Assembly: GCA_964016885.1 (NCBI GenBank)
Contig: OZ024742.1
Coordinates: 30,690,001 to 30,754,000, forward strand
DNA: 64,000 nt
Direction of reading: 5' to 3'
Source of the DNA: Eledone cirrhosa
Lineage: Eukaryota
Shown: one piece after another, positions 13,401 through 27,330 of the stretch
Numbering within the stretch: the stretch's first letter is position 1
How the letters are laid out: every line of letters starts with the position of its first letter
The notes under the pieces: generated by a model
What the model saw: only the letters and a program-made list of their open reading frames with translations
Databases searched by the model: none
What the model was told of the DNA's origin: nothing
Program-made: the position numbers and the translations under genes

Positions 13401-14919
13401 TCTCTCTCAGTCCTAACTTGGTGTAGTCTCTCTCAATCCTAAGTTGGTGTGGTCCCTCTCAGTCCTAAGTTGGTGTGGTCTCTCTCAGTCCTAACTTGGT
13501 GTAGTCTCTCTCTGTCCTAAGTTGGTGTCGTCTCTCTCAGTCCTAACTAGGTGTAGTCTCTCTCAGTCCTAAGTTGGTGTAGTCTCTCTCAGTCCTAAGG
13601 TGGCGTGGTCTCTCTCAGTCCGAACTTGGTGTGGTCTCTCTCAGTCCTAACTTGTTGTGGTCTCTCTCAGTCCTAAGTTCGTGCTGTCTCTCTCTCAGTC
13701 CTAACTTGGTGTGGTCTCTCTCAGTCCTAACTTGGTGTAGTCTCTCTCAGTCTTAACTTGGTGTAGTCACTCTCAGTCCATACTTGGTGTGGTCTCCCTC
13801 AGTCCTAAGTTGGTGTGGTCTCTCTCAGTCCTAACTTGGTGTGGTCTCTCTCAGTCCTAACTTGGTGTGGTCTCTCTCAGTCCTAACTTGGTGTGGTCTC
13901 TCTCAGTCCTTACTTGGTGTAGTAACTCTCAGTCCAAAGTTGGTGTGGTCTCTCTCAGTCCTTACTTGGTGTAGTCTCCCTCAGTCTTAACTTGGTGTGG
14001 TCTCCCTCAGTCCTAAGTTGGTGTGGTCTCTCTCAGCCCTAACTTGGTGTGGTCTCTCTCAGTCCTAACTTAGTGTAGTCTCTCTCAGTCCTAAGTTGGT
14101 GTGGTCTCTCTCAGTCCTAAGGTGGTGTGGTCTCTCTCAGTCCTAACTTGGTGTGGTCACTCTCAGTCCTAAGTTGGTGTGGTCTCTCTCAGTCCTAACT
14201 TGGTGTGATCTCTCTCATTCCTTACTTGGTGTAGTCACTCTCAGTCCTAACTTGGTGTAGTCTCTCTCAGTCCTAAGTTGGTGTGGTCTCTCTCAGTCCT
14301 AACTTGGTGTAGTCTCTCTCAATCCTAAGTTGGTGTGGTCCCTCTCAGTCCTAAGTTGGTGTGGTCTCTCTCAGTCCTAACTTGGTGTAGTCTCTCTCAG
14401 TCCTAAGTTGGTGTCGTCTCTCTCAGTCCTAACTAGGTGTAGTCTCTCTCAGTCCTAAGTTGGTGTAGTCTCTCTCAGTCCTAAGTTGGCGTGGTCTCTC
14501 TCAGTCCGAACTTGGTGTGGTCTCTCTCAGTCCTAACTTGTTGTGGTCTCTCTCAGTCCTAAGTTCGTGCTGTCTCTCTCTCAGTCCTAACTTGGTGTGG
14601 TCTCTCTCAGTCCTAACTTGGTGTAGTCTCTCTCAGTCTTAACTTGGTGTAGTCACTCTCAGTCCATACTTGGTGTGGTCTCCCTCAGTCCTAAGTTGGT
14701 GTGGTCTCTCTCAGTCCTAACTTGGTGTGGTCTCTCTCAGTCCTAACTTGGTGTGGTCTCTCTCAGTCCTAACTTGGTGTGGTCTCTCTCAGTCCTTACT
14801 TGGTGTAGTAACTCTCAGTCCAAAGTTGGTGTGGTCTCTCTCAGTCCTTACTTGGTGTAGTCTCCCTCAGTCTTAACTTGGTGTGGTCTCCCTCAGTCCT
14901 AAGTTGGTGTGGTCTCTCT
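13148..14919 (+). repeat. 886-bp (34-monomer) tandem duplication
   Basis: CAGCCCTAAC 13148/14034, GATCTCTCTCATTCC 13321/14207, AGTCCAAAGT 13931/14817. Offset 886 = 34x26+2. Confidence 0.88.
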
Positions 14920-16329
14920 CAGTCCTAAGTTGGTGTGGTCTATCTCACTCCTAAGTTGGTGTGGTCTCTCTCAGTCCTAAGTTGGTGTGGTCTCTCTCAT
15001 TTCTAACTTGGTGTGGTCTCTCTCAGTCCTAACTTGGTGTGGTCTCTCTCAGTCCTAACTTGGTGTGGTCTCTCTCAGTCCTAACTTGGTGTGGTCTTTC
15101 TCAGTCCTTACTTGGTGTAGTAACTCTCAGTCCTAAGTTGGTGTGGTCTCTCTCAGTCCTTACTTGGTGTAGTCTCCCTCAGTCTTAACTTGGTGTGGTC
15201 TCCCTCAGTCCTAAGTTGGTGTGGTCTCTCTCAGTCCTAAGTTGGTGTGGTCTATCCCACTCCTAAGTTGGTGTGGTCTCTCTCAGTCCTAAGTTGGTGT
15301 GGTCTCTCTCATTCCTAACTTGGTGTAGTCTCTTTCAGTCCTAAGTTGGTGTGTTCTCTCTCAGTCCTAACTTGGTGTGGTCTCTCTCATTCCTAACTTG
15401 GTGTAGTCTCTCTCAGTCCTAAGTTCGTGTGGTCTCCCTCAGTCTTAACTTGGTGTAGTCTCTCTCAGTCCATACTTGGTGTAGTCTCTATCAGTCCTAA
15501 CTTGGTGTGGTCTCCCTCAGTCCTAAGTTGGTGTGGTCTCTCTCAGTCCTAACTTGGTGTGGTCTCTCTCAGTCCTAACTTGGTGTGGTCTCTCTCAGTC
15601 CTAACTTGGTGTGGTCTCTCTCAGTCCTTACTTGGTGTAGTAACTCTCAGTCCTAAGTTGGTGTAGTCTCTCTCAGTCCTTACTTGGTGTAGTCACTCTC
15701 AGTCCTAACTTGGTGTAGTCTCTCTCAGTCCTAAGTTGGTGTGGTCTATCTCAGTCCTAAGTTGGTGTGGTCTCTCTCAGTCCTATGTTGGTGTGGTCTC
15801 TCTCAGCCCTAACTTGGTGTAGTCTCTCTCAGTCCTAAGTTGGTGTCGTCTCTCTCAGTCCTAACTAGGTGTAGTCTCTCTCAGTCCTAAGTTGGTGTGG
15901 TCTCTCTCAGTCCTAAGTTGGTGTCGTCTCTCTCAGTCCTAACTTGTTGTGGTCTCTCTCAGTCCTAAGTTCGTGCTGTCTCTCTCTCAGTCCTAACTTG
16001 GTGTGGTCTCTCTCAGTCCTAACTTGGTGTAGTCTCTCTCAGTCCTAACATGGTGTAGTTCTCTCAGTCTTAACTTGGTGCAGTCTCTCTCAGTCCATAC
16101 TTGGTGTAGTCTCTATCAGTCCTAACTTGGTGTGGTCTCCCTCAGTCCTAAGTTGGTGTGGTCTCTCTCAGTCCTAACTTGGTGTGGTCTCTCTCAGTCC
16201 TAACTTGGTGTGGTCTCTCTCAGTCCTTACTTGGTGTAGTAACTCTCAGTCCTAAGTTGGTGTGGTCTCTCTCAGTCCTTACTTGGTGTGGTCTCTCTCA
16301 GTCCTAAGTTGGTGTGGTCTATCTCACTC

Positions 16330-19240
16330 CTAAGTTGGTGTGGTCTCTCTCAGTCCTAAGTTGGTGTGGTCTCTCTCATTCCTAACTTGGTGTAGTCTCT
16401 TTCAGTCCTAAGTTGGTGTGTTCTCTCTTAGTCCTAACTTGGTGTGGTCTCTCTCATTCCTTACTTGGTGTAGTCTCTCTCAGTCTTAACTTGGTGTAGT
16501 CTCTGTCAGTCCTAAGTTGGTGTGGTCTCTCTCAGTCCTAAGTTGGTGTGGTCTATCTCAGTCCTAACTTGGTGTGGTCTCTCTCAATTCTAACTTGGTG
16601 TAGTCTCTCTCAGTCCTAACTTGGTGTGGACTCTCTCAGCCCTAACTTGGTGTGGTCTCTCTCAGTCCTAACTTAGTGTAGTTTCTCTCAGTCCTAAGTT
16701 GGTGTGGTCTCTCTAAGTCCTAAGTTGGTGTAGTCTCTCTCAGTCCGAACTTGGTGTGGTCTCTCTCAGTCCTAAGTTGGTATGGTCTCTCTCATTCCTA
16801 ACTTGGTGTAGTCTCTTTCAGTCCTAAGTTGGTGTGTTCTCTCTCAGTCCTAACTTGGTGTGGTCTCTCTCATTCCTTACTTGGTGTAGTCTCTCTCAGT
16901 CCTAACTTGGTGTAGTCTCTCTCAGTCCTAAGTTGGTGTGGTGTCTCTCAGTCCTAACTTGGTGTAGTCTCTCTCAGTCCTAAGTTGGTGTCATCTCTCT
17001 CAGGCCTAACTAGGTGTAGTCTCTCTCAGTCCTAAGTTGGTGTGGTCTCTCTCAGTCCGAACTTGGTGTGGTCTCTCTCAGTCCTAACTTGTTGTGGTCT
17101 CTCTCAGTCCTAAGTTTGTGCTGTCTCTCTCTCAGTCGTAACTTAGTGTGGTCTCTCTCAGTCCTAACTTGGTGTAGTCTCTCTACGTCCTAACTTGGTG
17201 TGGTCTCTCTTAGTCCTAACTTGGTGTGGTCTCTCTCAGCCCTAACTTGGTGTAGTCTCACTCAGTCCTAAGTTGGTGTGGTCTCTCTCAGTCCTAACTT
17301 GGTGTAGTCTCTCTCAGTCGTAACTTGGTGTGGTCTCTCTAAGTCCTAACTTGGTGAAGTCTCTCTCAGTCCTAACATGGTGTAGTCTCTCTCAGTCTTA
17401 ACTTGGTGTAGTCTCTCTCAGTCCTTACTTGGTGTAGTCTCTCTCAGTCCTAACTTGGTGTGGTCTCTCTCAGTCCTAACTTGGTGTAGTCTCTCTCAGT
17501 CCTTACTTGGTGTGGTCTCTCTCACTCCTAACTTGGTGTGGTCTCTCTCAATCCTTACTTGGTGTAGTCACTCTCAGTCCTAACTTGGTATAGTCTCTCT
17601 CAGTCGTAACTTGGTGTAGTCTCTCTCAGTCGTATCTTCGTGTAGTCTCTCTCAGTCCTAAGTTGGTGTGGTCTCTCTTAGTCCTAAGTTGCTGTGGTCT
17701 CTATCAGTCCTAAGTCGGTGTGGTCTCTCTCAACCCTAACTTGGTGTAGTCTCTCTCAGTCCTAACTTGTTGTGGTCTCTTTCAGTCCTAAGTTGGTGTG
17801 TTCTCTCTCAGTCCTAACTTGGTGTGGTCTCTCTCATTCCTTACTTGGTGTAGTCTCTCTCAGTCCTAACTTGGTGTAGTCTCTGTCAGTCCTAAGTTCG
17901 TGTGGTCTCCCTCAGTCCTAAGTTGGTGTGGTCTCTCTCAGTCGTAAGACGGTGTGGTCTATCTCAGTCCTAAGTTGGTGTGATCTCTCTCAGTCCTAAC
18001 TTGGTGTGGTCTCTCTCAATTCTAACTTGGTGTAGTCTCTCTCAGTCCTAAGTTGGTGTGGTCTCTCTCAGTCCTAACTTAGTGTGGACTCTCTCAACCC
18101 TAACTTGGTGTGGTCTCTCTCAGTCCTAACTTAGTGTAGTCTCTCTCAGTCCTAAGTTGGTGTGGTCTCTCTCAGTCCTAAGTTGGTGTAGTCTCTCTCA
18201 GTCCGAACTTGGTGTGGTCTCTCTCAGTCCTAAGTTGGTATGGTCTCTCTCATTCCTAACTTGGTGTAGTCTCTTTCAGTCCTAAGTTGGTGTGTTCTCT
18301 CTCAGTCCTAACTTGGTGTGGTCTCTCTCATTCCTTACTTGGTGTAGTCTCTCTCAGTCCTAACTTGGTGTAGTCTCTCTCAGTCCTAAGTTGGTGTGGT
18401 GTCTCTCAGTCCTAACTTGGTGTAGTCTCTCTCAGTCCTAAGTTGGTGTCATCTCTCTCAGGCCTAACTAGGTGTAGTCTCTCTCAGTCCTAAGTTGGTG
18501 TGGTCTCTCTCAGTCCTAAGTTGGTGTAGTCTCTCTCAGTCCGAACTTGGTGTGGTCTCTCTCAGTCCTAACTTGTTGTGGTCTCTCTCAGTCCTAAGTT
18601 TGTGCTGTCTCTCTCTCAGTCCTAACTTGGTGTGGTCTCTCTCAGTCCTAACTTGGTGTAGTCTCTCTACGTCCTAACTTGGTGTGGTCTCTCTCAGTCC
18701 TAACTTGGTGTGGTCTCTCTCAGCCCTAACTTGGTGTAGTCTCACTCAGTCCTAAGTTGGTGTGGTCTCTCTCAGTCCTAACTTGGTGTAGTCTCTCTCA
18801 GTCGTAACTTGGTGTGGTCTCTCTAAGTCCTAACTTGGTGAAGTCTCTCTCAGTCCTAACAAGGTGTAGTCTCTCTCAGTCCTTACTTGGTGTAGTCTCT
18901 CTCAGTCCTAACTTGGTGTGGTCTCTCTCAGTCCTAACTTGGTGTAGTCTCTCTCAGTCCTTACTTGGTGTGGTCTCTCTCACTCCTAACTTGGTGTGGT
19001 CTCTCTCAATCCTTACTTGGTGTAGTCACTCTCAGTCCTAACTTGGTATAGTCTCTCTCAGTCGTAACTTGGTGTAGTCTCTCTCAGTCGTAACTTCGTG
19101 TAGTCTCTCTCAGTCCTAAGTTGGTGTGGTCTCTCTCAGTCCTAAGTTGCTGTGGTCTCTATCAGTCCTAAGTCGGTGTGGTCTCTCTCAACCCTAACTT
19201 GGTGTAGTCTCTCTCAGTCCTAACTTGTTGTGGTCTCTCT
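16330..19240 (+). repeat. 1,458-bp (56-monomer) tandem duplication
   Basis: GGACT 16628/18086, TATGGTCTCTCTCATTCC 16781/18239, GCTGTGGTCTCTATCAG 17691/19149. Offset 1458 = 56x26+2. Confidence 0.82.
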
Positions 19241-22200
19241 CCATCCTAACTTGGTGTAGTCTCTCTCAGTCCTAACTTGGTGTAGTCTCTCTCAGTCCTA
19301 AGTTGGTGTGGTCTCTCTCAGTCCTAACTTGGTGTGGTCTCTCTCAGTCCTAACGTAGTGTAGTCTCTCTCAGTCCTAAGTTGGTGTGCTCTCTCTCAGT
19401 CCTAACTTAGTGTAGTCTCTCTCAGTCCTAAGTTGGTGTGGTCTCTCTCAGTACTAACTTGGTGTGGTCTCTCTCAGTCCTAACTTGGTTTAGTCTCTCT
19501 CAGTCCTAAGTTGGTGTCATCTCTCTCAGTCCTAACTAGATGTAGTCTCTCTCAGTCCTAAATTGGTGTGGTCTCTCTCAGTCCTAACTTGGTTTAGTCT
19601 CTCTCAGTCCTAAGTTGGTGTCGTCTCTCTCAGTCCTAACTAAATGTAGTCTCTCTCAGTCCTAAGTTGGTGTGGTCTCTCTCAGTCCTAAGTTGGTGTA
19701 GTCTCTCTCAGTCCGAACTTGGTGTGGTCTCTCTCAGTCCTAACTTGTTGTGGTCTCTCTCAGTCCTAAGTTTGTGCTGTCTCTCTCTCAGTCCTAACTT
19801 GGTGTGGTCTCTCTCAGTCCTAACTTGGTGTAGTCTCTCTACGTCCTAACTTGGTGTGGTCTCTCCAGTCCTAACTTGGTGTGGTCTCTCTCAGCCCTAA
19901 CTTGGTGTAGTCTCACTCAGTCCTAAGTTGGTGTGGTCTCTCTCAGTCCTAACTTGGTGTAGTCTCTCTCAGTCGTAACTTGGTGTGGTCTCTCTAAGTC
20001 CTAACTTGGTGAAGTCTCTCTCAGTCCTAACATGGTGTAGTCTCTCTCAGTCTTAACTTGGTGTAGTCTCTCTCAGTCCTTACTTGGTGTAGTCTCTCTC
20101 AGTCCTAACTTGGTGTGGTCTCTCTCAGTCCTAACTTGGTGTAGTCTCTCTCAGTCCTTACTTGGTGTGGTCTCTCTCACTCCTAACTTGGTGTGGTCTC
20201 TCTCAATCCTTACTTGGTGTAGTCACTCTCAGTCCTAACTTGGTATAGTCTCTCTCAGTCCTAAGTTGGTGTGGTCTCTCTCAGTCCTAACTTGGTGTGG
20301 TCTCTCTCAGTCCTAACTTAGTGTGGTCTATCTCAGTCCTAAGTTGGTGTGGTCTCTCTCAGTCCTTAGTTGGTGTGGTCTCTCTCAGTCCTAACTTGGT
20401 TTAGTCTCTCTCAGTCCTAAGTTGGTGTCGTCTCTCTCAGTCGTAACTTCGTGTAGTCTCTCTCAGTCCTAAGTTGGTGTGGTCTCTCTCAGTCCTAAGT
20501 TGGTGTGGTCTCTCTCAGTCCTAAGTTGGTGTGGTCTCTCTCAACCCTAACTTGCTGTAGTCTCTCTCAGTCCTAACTTGTTGTGGTCTCTCTCCGTCCT
20601 AACTTGGTGTAGTCTCTCTCAGTCCTAACTTGGTGTGGTCTCTCTCAGTCCTCACTTGGTGTAGTCTCTCTCAGTCCTAAGTTGGTGTGGTCTCTCTCAG
20701 TCCTAACTTGGTGTAGTCTCACTCAGTCCTAAGTTGGTGTGGTCTCTCTCAGTCCGAACTTGGTGTGGTCTCTCTCAGTCCTAACTTGTTGTGGTCTCTC
20801 TCAGTCCTAAGTTCGTGCTGTCTCTCTCTCAGTCCTAACTTGGTGTGGTCTCTCTCAGTCCTAACTTTGTGTGGTCTCTCTCAGTCCTAACTTGGTGTGG
20901 TCTCTCTCAGTCCTAACATGGTGTAGTCTCTCTCAGTCTTAACTTGGTGTAGTCTCTCTCAGTACTTACTTGGTGTAGACTCTATCAGTCCTAACTTGGT
21001 GTGGTCTCCCTCAGTCCTAAGTTGGTGTGGTCTCTCTCAGTCCTAACTTGGTGTGGTCTCTCTCAGTCCTAACTTGGTGTAGTCTCTCTCAGTCCTAAGT
21101 TGGTGTGGTCTCTCTCAGTCCTAACTTGGTGTGGTCTCTCTCAGCCCTATCTTGGTGTGGTCTCTCTCAGTCCTAACTTAGTGTAGTCTCTCTCAGTCCT
21201 AAGTTGGTGTGGTCTCTCTCAGTCCTAAGTTGGTGTAGTCTCTCTCAGTCCGAACTTGGTGTGGTCTCTCTCAGTCCTAAGTTGGTGTGGTCTCTCTCAT
21301 TCCTAACTTGGTGTAGTCTCTTTCAGTCCTAAGTTGGTGTGTTCTCTCTCAGTCCTAACTTGGTGTAGTCTCTCTCAGTCGTAACTTGGTGTGGTCTCTC
21401 TAAGTTTTAACTTGGTGAAGTCTCTCTCAGTCCTAACATGGTGTAGTCTCTCTCAGTCGTAACTTGGTGTAGTCTCTCTCAGTCGTAACTTCGTGTAGTC
21501 TCTCTCAGTCCTAAGTTGGTGTGGTCTCTCTCAGTCCTAAGTTGGTGTGGTCTCTCTCAACCCTAACTTGGTGTAGTCTCTCTCAGTCCTAACTTGTTGT
21601 GGTCTCTCTCCGTCCTAACTTGGTGTAGTCTCTCTCAGTCCTAACTTGGTGTGGTCTCTCTCAGTCCTAACTTGTTGTGGTCTCTCTCAGTCCTAAGTTC
21701 GTGCTGTCTCTCTCTCAGTCCTCACTTGGTGTGGTCTCTCTCAGTCCTAACTTGGTGTAGTCTCTGTCAGTCCTAACATGGTGTAGTCTCTCTCAGTCTT
21801 AACTTGGTGTAGTCTCTCTCAGTCCATACTTGGTGTAGTCTCTATCAGTCCTAACTTGGTGTGGTCTCCCTCAGTCCTAAGTTGGTGTGGTCTCTCTCAG
21901 TCCTAACTTGGTGTGGTCTCTCTCAGTCCTAACTTGGTGTGGTCTCTCTCAGTCCTAACTTGTTGTGGTCTCTCTCAGCCCTAACTTGGTGTGGTCTCTC
22001 TCAGTCCTAACTTAGTGTAGTCTCTCTCAGTCCTAAGTTGGTGTGGTCTCTCTCAGTCCTTACTTGGTGTAGTCTCTCTCAGTCCCTACTTGGTGTGGTC
22101 TCCCTCAGTCCTAAGTTGGTGTGGTCTCTCTCAGTCCTAAGTTGGTGGGGTCTATCTCACTCCTAAGTTGGTGTGGTCTCTCTCAGTCCTAAGTTGGTGT

Positions 22201-25200
22201 GGTCCCTCTCATTCCTAACTTGGTGTGGTCTCTCTCAGCCCTAACTTGGTGTGGTCTCTCTCAGTCCTAATTTAGTGTAGTCTCTCTCAGTCCTAAGTTG
22301 GTGTAGTCTCTCTCAGTCCTAAGTTGGTGTGGTCTCTCTCAGTCCTAACTTGGTGTGGTCTCTCTCAGTCCTAACTTGGTGTAGTCTCTCTCAGTCCTAA
22401 GTTGGTGTGGTCTCTCTCAGTCCTAACTTGTTGTGGTCTCTCTCAGCCCTAACTTGGTGTGGTCTCTCTCAGTCCTAACTTAGTGTAGTCTCTCTCAGTC
22501 CTAAGTTGGTGTGGTCCCTCTCAGTCCTAAGGTGGTGTGGTCTCTCTCAGTCCTAACTTGGTGTGGTCACTCTCAGTCCTAAGTTGGTGTGGTCTCTCTC
22601 AGTCCTTACTTGGTGTAGTCACTCTCAGTCCTAACTTGGTGTAGTCTCTCTCAGTCCTAAGTTGGTGTGGTCTATCTCAGTCCTAAGTTGGTGTGGTCTC
22701 TCTCAGTCCTAAGTTTGTGTGGTCTCTCTCAGCCCTAACTTGGTGTAGTCTCTCTCAGTCCTAAGTTGGTGTGGTCTCTCTCAGTCCTAACTTGGTTTAG
22801 TCTCTCTCAGTCCTAAGTTGGTGTCGTCTCTCTCACTCCTAAGTTGGTGTGGTCTCTCTCAGTCCTAGGTTGGTGTGGTCTCTCTCAGTCCTAAGTTGGT
22901 GCAGTATCTCTCAGTCCGAACTTGGTGTGGTCTCTCTCAGTCCTAACTTGTTGTGGTCTCTCTCAGTCCTAAGTTCGTGCTGTCTCTCTCTCAGTCCTAA
23001 CTTGGTGTGGTCTCTCTCAGTCCTAACTTTGTGTGGTCTCTCTCAGTCCTAACTTGGTGTGGTCTCTCTCAGCCCTAACTTGGTGTGGTCTCTCTCAGTC
23101 CTAATTTAGTGTAGTCTCTCTCAGTCCTAAGTTGGTGTGGTCTCTCTCAATACTAACTTGGTGTGGTCTCTCTCAGTCCTAACTTGGTTTAGTCTCTCTC
23201 AGTCCTAAGTTGGTGTCATCTCTCTCAGTCCTAACTAGATGTAGTCTCTCTCAGTCCTAAATTGGTGTGGTCTCTCTCAGTCCTAACTTGGTTTAGTCTC
23301 TCTCAGTCCTAAGTTGGTGTCGTCTCTCTCAGTCCTAACTAAATGTAGTCTCTCTCAGTCCTAAGTTGGTGTGGTCTCTCTCAGTCCTAAGTTGGTGTAG
23401 TCTCTCTCAACCCTAACTTGGTGTAGTCTCTCTCAGTCCTAACTTGTTGTGGTCTCTCTCCATCCTAACTTGGTGTAGTCTCTCTCAGTCCTAACTTGGT
23501 GTAGTCTCTCTCAGTCCTAAGTTGGTGTGGTCTCTCTCAGTCCTAACTTGGTGTGGTCTCTCTCAGTCCTAACGTAGTGTAGTCTCTCTCAGTCCTAAGT
23601 TGGTGTGCTCTCTCTCAGTCCTAACTTAGTGTAGTCTCTCTCAGTCCTAAGTTGGTGTGGTCTCTCTCAGTACTAACTTGGTGTGGTCTCTCTCAGTCCT
23701 AACTTGGTTTAGTCTCTCTCAGTCCTAAGTTGGTGTCATCTCTCTCAGTCCTAACTAGATGTAGTCTCTCTCAGTCCTAAATTGGTGTGGTCTCTCTCAG
23801 TCCTAACTTGGTTTAGTCTCTCTCAGTCCTAAGTTGGTGTCGTCTCTCTCAGTCCTAACTAAATGTAGTCTCTCTCAGTCCTAAGTTGGTGTGGTCTCTC
23901 TCAGTCCTAAGTTGGTGTAGTCTCTCTCAGTCCGAACTTGGTGTGGTCTCTCTCAGTCCTAACTTGTTGTGGTCTCTCTCAGTCCTAAGTTTGTGCTGTC
24001 TCTCTCTCAGTCCTAACTTGGTGTGGTCTCTCTCAGTCCTAACTTGGTGTAGTCTCTCTACGTCCTAACTTGGTGTGGTCTCTCCAGTCCTAACTTGGTG
24101 TGGTCTCTCTCAGCCCTAACTTGGTGTAGTCTCACTCAGTCCTAAGTTGGTGTGGTCTCTCTCAGTCCTAACTTGGTGTAGTCTCTCTCAGTCGTAACTT
24201 GGTGTGGTCTCTCTAAGTCCTAACTTGGTGAAGTCTCTCTCAGTCCTAACATGGTGTAGTCTCTCTCAGTCTTAACTTGGTGTAGTCTCTCTCAGTCCTT
24301 ACTTGGTGTAGTCTCTCTCAGTCCTAACTTGGTGTGGTCTCTCTCAGTCCTAACTTGGTGTAGTCTCTCTCAGTCCTTACTTGGTGTGGTCTCTCTCACT
24401 CCTAACTTGGTGTGGTCTCTCTCAATCCTTACTTGGTGTAGTCACTCTCAGTCCTAACTTGGTATAGTCTCTCTCAGTCCTAAGTTGGTGTGGTCTCTCT
24501 CAGTCCTAACTTGGTGTGGTCTCTCTCAGTCCTAACTTAGTGTGGTCTATCTCAGTCCTAAGTTGGTGTGGTCTCTCTCAGTCCTTAGTTGGTGTGGTCT
24601 CTCTCAGTCCTAACTTGGTTTAGTCTCTCTCAGTCCTAAGTTGGTGTCGTCTCTCTCAGTCGTAACTTTGTGTAGTCTCTCTCAGTGCTAAGTTGGTGTC
24701 GTCTCTCTCAGTCCTAAGTTGGTGTGGTCTCTCTCAGTCCTAAGTTGGTGTGGTCTCTCTCAACCCTAACTTGCTGTAGTCTCTCTCAGTCCTAACTTGT
24801 TGTGGTCTCTCTCCGTCCTAACTTGGTGTAGTCTCTCTCAGTCCTAACTTGGTGTGGTCTCTCTCAGTCCTAACTTGGTGTAGTCTCTCTCAGTCCTAAG
24901 TTGGTGTGGTCTCTCTCAGTCCTAACTTGGTGTAGTCTCTCTCAGTCCTAAGTTGGTGTGGTCTCTCTCAGTCCGAACTTGGTGTGGTCTCTCTCAGTCC
25001 TAACTTGTTGTGGTCTCTCTCAGTCCTAAGTTCGTGCTGTCTCTCTCTCAGTCCTAACTTGGTGTGGTCTCTCTCAGTCCTAACTTTGTGTGGTCTCTCT
25101 CAGTCCTAACTTGGTGTGGTCTCTCTCAGTCCTAACATGGTGTAGTCTCTCTCAGTCTTAACTTGGTGTAGTCTCTCTCAGTACTTACTTGGTGTAGACT

Positions 25201-27330
25201 CTATCAGTCCTAACTTGGTGTGGTCTCCCTCAGTCCTAAGTTGGTGTGGTCTCTCTCAGTCCTAACTTGGTGTGGTCTCTCTCAGTCCTAACTTGGTGTA
25301 GTCTCTCTCAGTCCTAAGTTGGTGTGGTCTCTCTCAGTCCTAACTTGGTGTGGTCTCTCTCAGCCCTAACTTGGTGTGGTCTCTCTCAGTCCTAACTTAG
25401 TGTAGTCTCTCTCAGTCCTAAGTTGGTGTGGTCTCTCTCAGTCCTAAGTTGGTGTAGTCTCTCTCAGTCCGAACTTGGTGTGGTCTCTCTCAGTCCTAAG
25501 TTGGTGTGGTCTCTCTCATTCCTAACTTGGTGTAGTCTCTTTCAGTCCTAAGTTGGTGTGTTCTCTCTCAGTCCTAACTTGGTGTAGTCTCTCTCAGTCG
25601 TAACTTGGTGTGGTCTCTCTAAGTTTTAACTTGGTGAAGTCTCTCTCAGTCCTAACATGGTGTAGTCTCTCTCAGTCGTAACTTGGTGTAGTCTCTCTCA
25701 GTCGTAACTTCGTGTAGTCTCTCTCAGTCCTAAGTTGGTGTGGTCTCTCTCAGTCCTAAGTTGGTGTGGTCTCTCTCAACCCTAACTTGGTGTAGTCTCT
25801 CTCAGTCCTAACTTGTTGTGGTCTCTCTCAGTCCTAACTTGGTGTGGTCTCTCTCAGTCCTAACTTGTTGTGGTCTCTCTCAGTCCTAAGTTCGTGCTGT
25901 CTCTCTCTCAGTCCTCACTTGGTGTGGTCTCTCTCAGTCCTAACTTAGTGTAGTCTCTGTCAGTCCTAAGATGGTGTAGTCTCTCTCAGTCTTAACTTGG
26001 TGTAGTCTCTCTCAGTCCATACTTGGTGTAGTCTCTATCAGTCCTAACTTGGTGTGGTCTCCCTCAGTCCTAAGTTGGTGTGGTCTCTCTCAGTCCTAAC
26101 TTGGTGTGGTCTCTCTCAGTCCTAACTTGGTGTGGTCTCTCTCAGTCCTAACTTGTTGTGGTCTCTCTCAGCCCTAACTTGGTGTGGTCTCTCTCAGTCC
26201 TAACTTAGTGTAGTCTCTCTCAGTCCTAAGTTGGTGTGGTCTCTCTCAGTCCTTACTTGGTGTAGTCTCTCTCAGTCCCTACTTGGTGTGGTCTCCCTCA
26301 GTCCTAAGTTGGTGTGGTCTCTCTCAGTCCTAAGTTGGTGGGGTCTATCTCACTCCTAAGTTGGTGTGGTCTCTCTCAGTCCTAAGTTGGTGTGGTCCCT
26401 CTCATTCCTAACTTGGTGTGGTCTCTCTCAGCCCTAACTTGGTGTGGTCTCTCTCAGTCCTAATTTAGTGTAGTCTCTCTCAGTCCTAAGTTGGTGTAGT
26501 CTCTCTCAGTCCTAAGTTGGTGTGGTCTCTCTCAGTCCTAACTTGGTGTGGTCTCTCTCAGTCCTAACTTGGTGTAGTCTCTCTCAGTCCTAAGTTGGTG
26601 TGGTCTCTCTCAGTCCTAACTTGTTGTGGTCTCTCTCAGCCCTAACTTGGTGTGGTCTCTCTCAGTCGTAACTTAGTGTAGTCTCTCTCAGTCCTAAGTT
26701 GGTGTGGTCCCTCTCAGTCCTAAGGTGGTGTGGTCTCTCTCAGTCCTAACTTGGTGTGGTCACTCTCAGTCCTAAGTTGGTGTGGTCTCTCTCAGTCCTT
26801 ACTTGGTGTAGTCACTCTCAGTCCTAACTTGGTGTAGTCTCTCTCAGTCCTAAGTTGGTGTGGTCTATCTCAGTCCTAAGTTGGTGTGGTCTCTCTCAGT
26901 CCTAAGTTGGTGTGGTCTCTCTCAGCCCTAACTTGGTGTAGTCTCTCTCAGTCCTAAGTTGGTGTGGTCTCTCTCAGTCCTAACTTGGTTTAGTCTCTCT
27001 CAGTCCTAAGTTTGTGTCGTCTCTCTCACTCCTAAGTTGGTGTGGTCTCTCTCAGTCCTAGGTTGGTGTGGTCTCTCTCAGTCCTAAGTTGGTGCAGTAT
27101 CTCTCAGTCCGAACTTGGTGTGGTCTCTCTCAGTCCTAACTTGTTGTGGTCTCTCTCAGTCCTAAGTTCGTGCTGTCTCTCTCTCAGTCCTAACTTGGTG
27201 TGGTCTCTCTCAGTCCTAACTTTGTGTGGTCTCTCTCAGTCCTAACTTGGTGTGGTCTCTCTCAGCCCTAACTTGGTGTGGTCTCTCTCAGTCCTAATTT
27301 AGTGTAGTCTCTCTCAGTCCTAAGTTGGTG
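19189..27330 (+). repeat. About 4.2-kb tandem duplication (offset 4,219, then 4,193 after loss of one monomer)
   Basis: CCATCCTAAC 19241/23460, 25-bp monomer CTCTCCAGTC 19861/24080, CTTGCTGTAG 20551/24770, TAAGTTTTAA 21401/25620 (all offset 4219). GGGG marker 22147/26340 (offset 4193). Confidence 0.88.
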
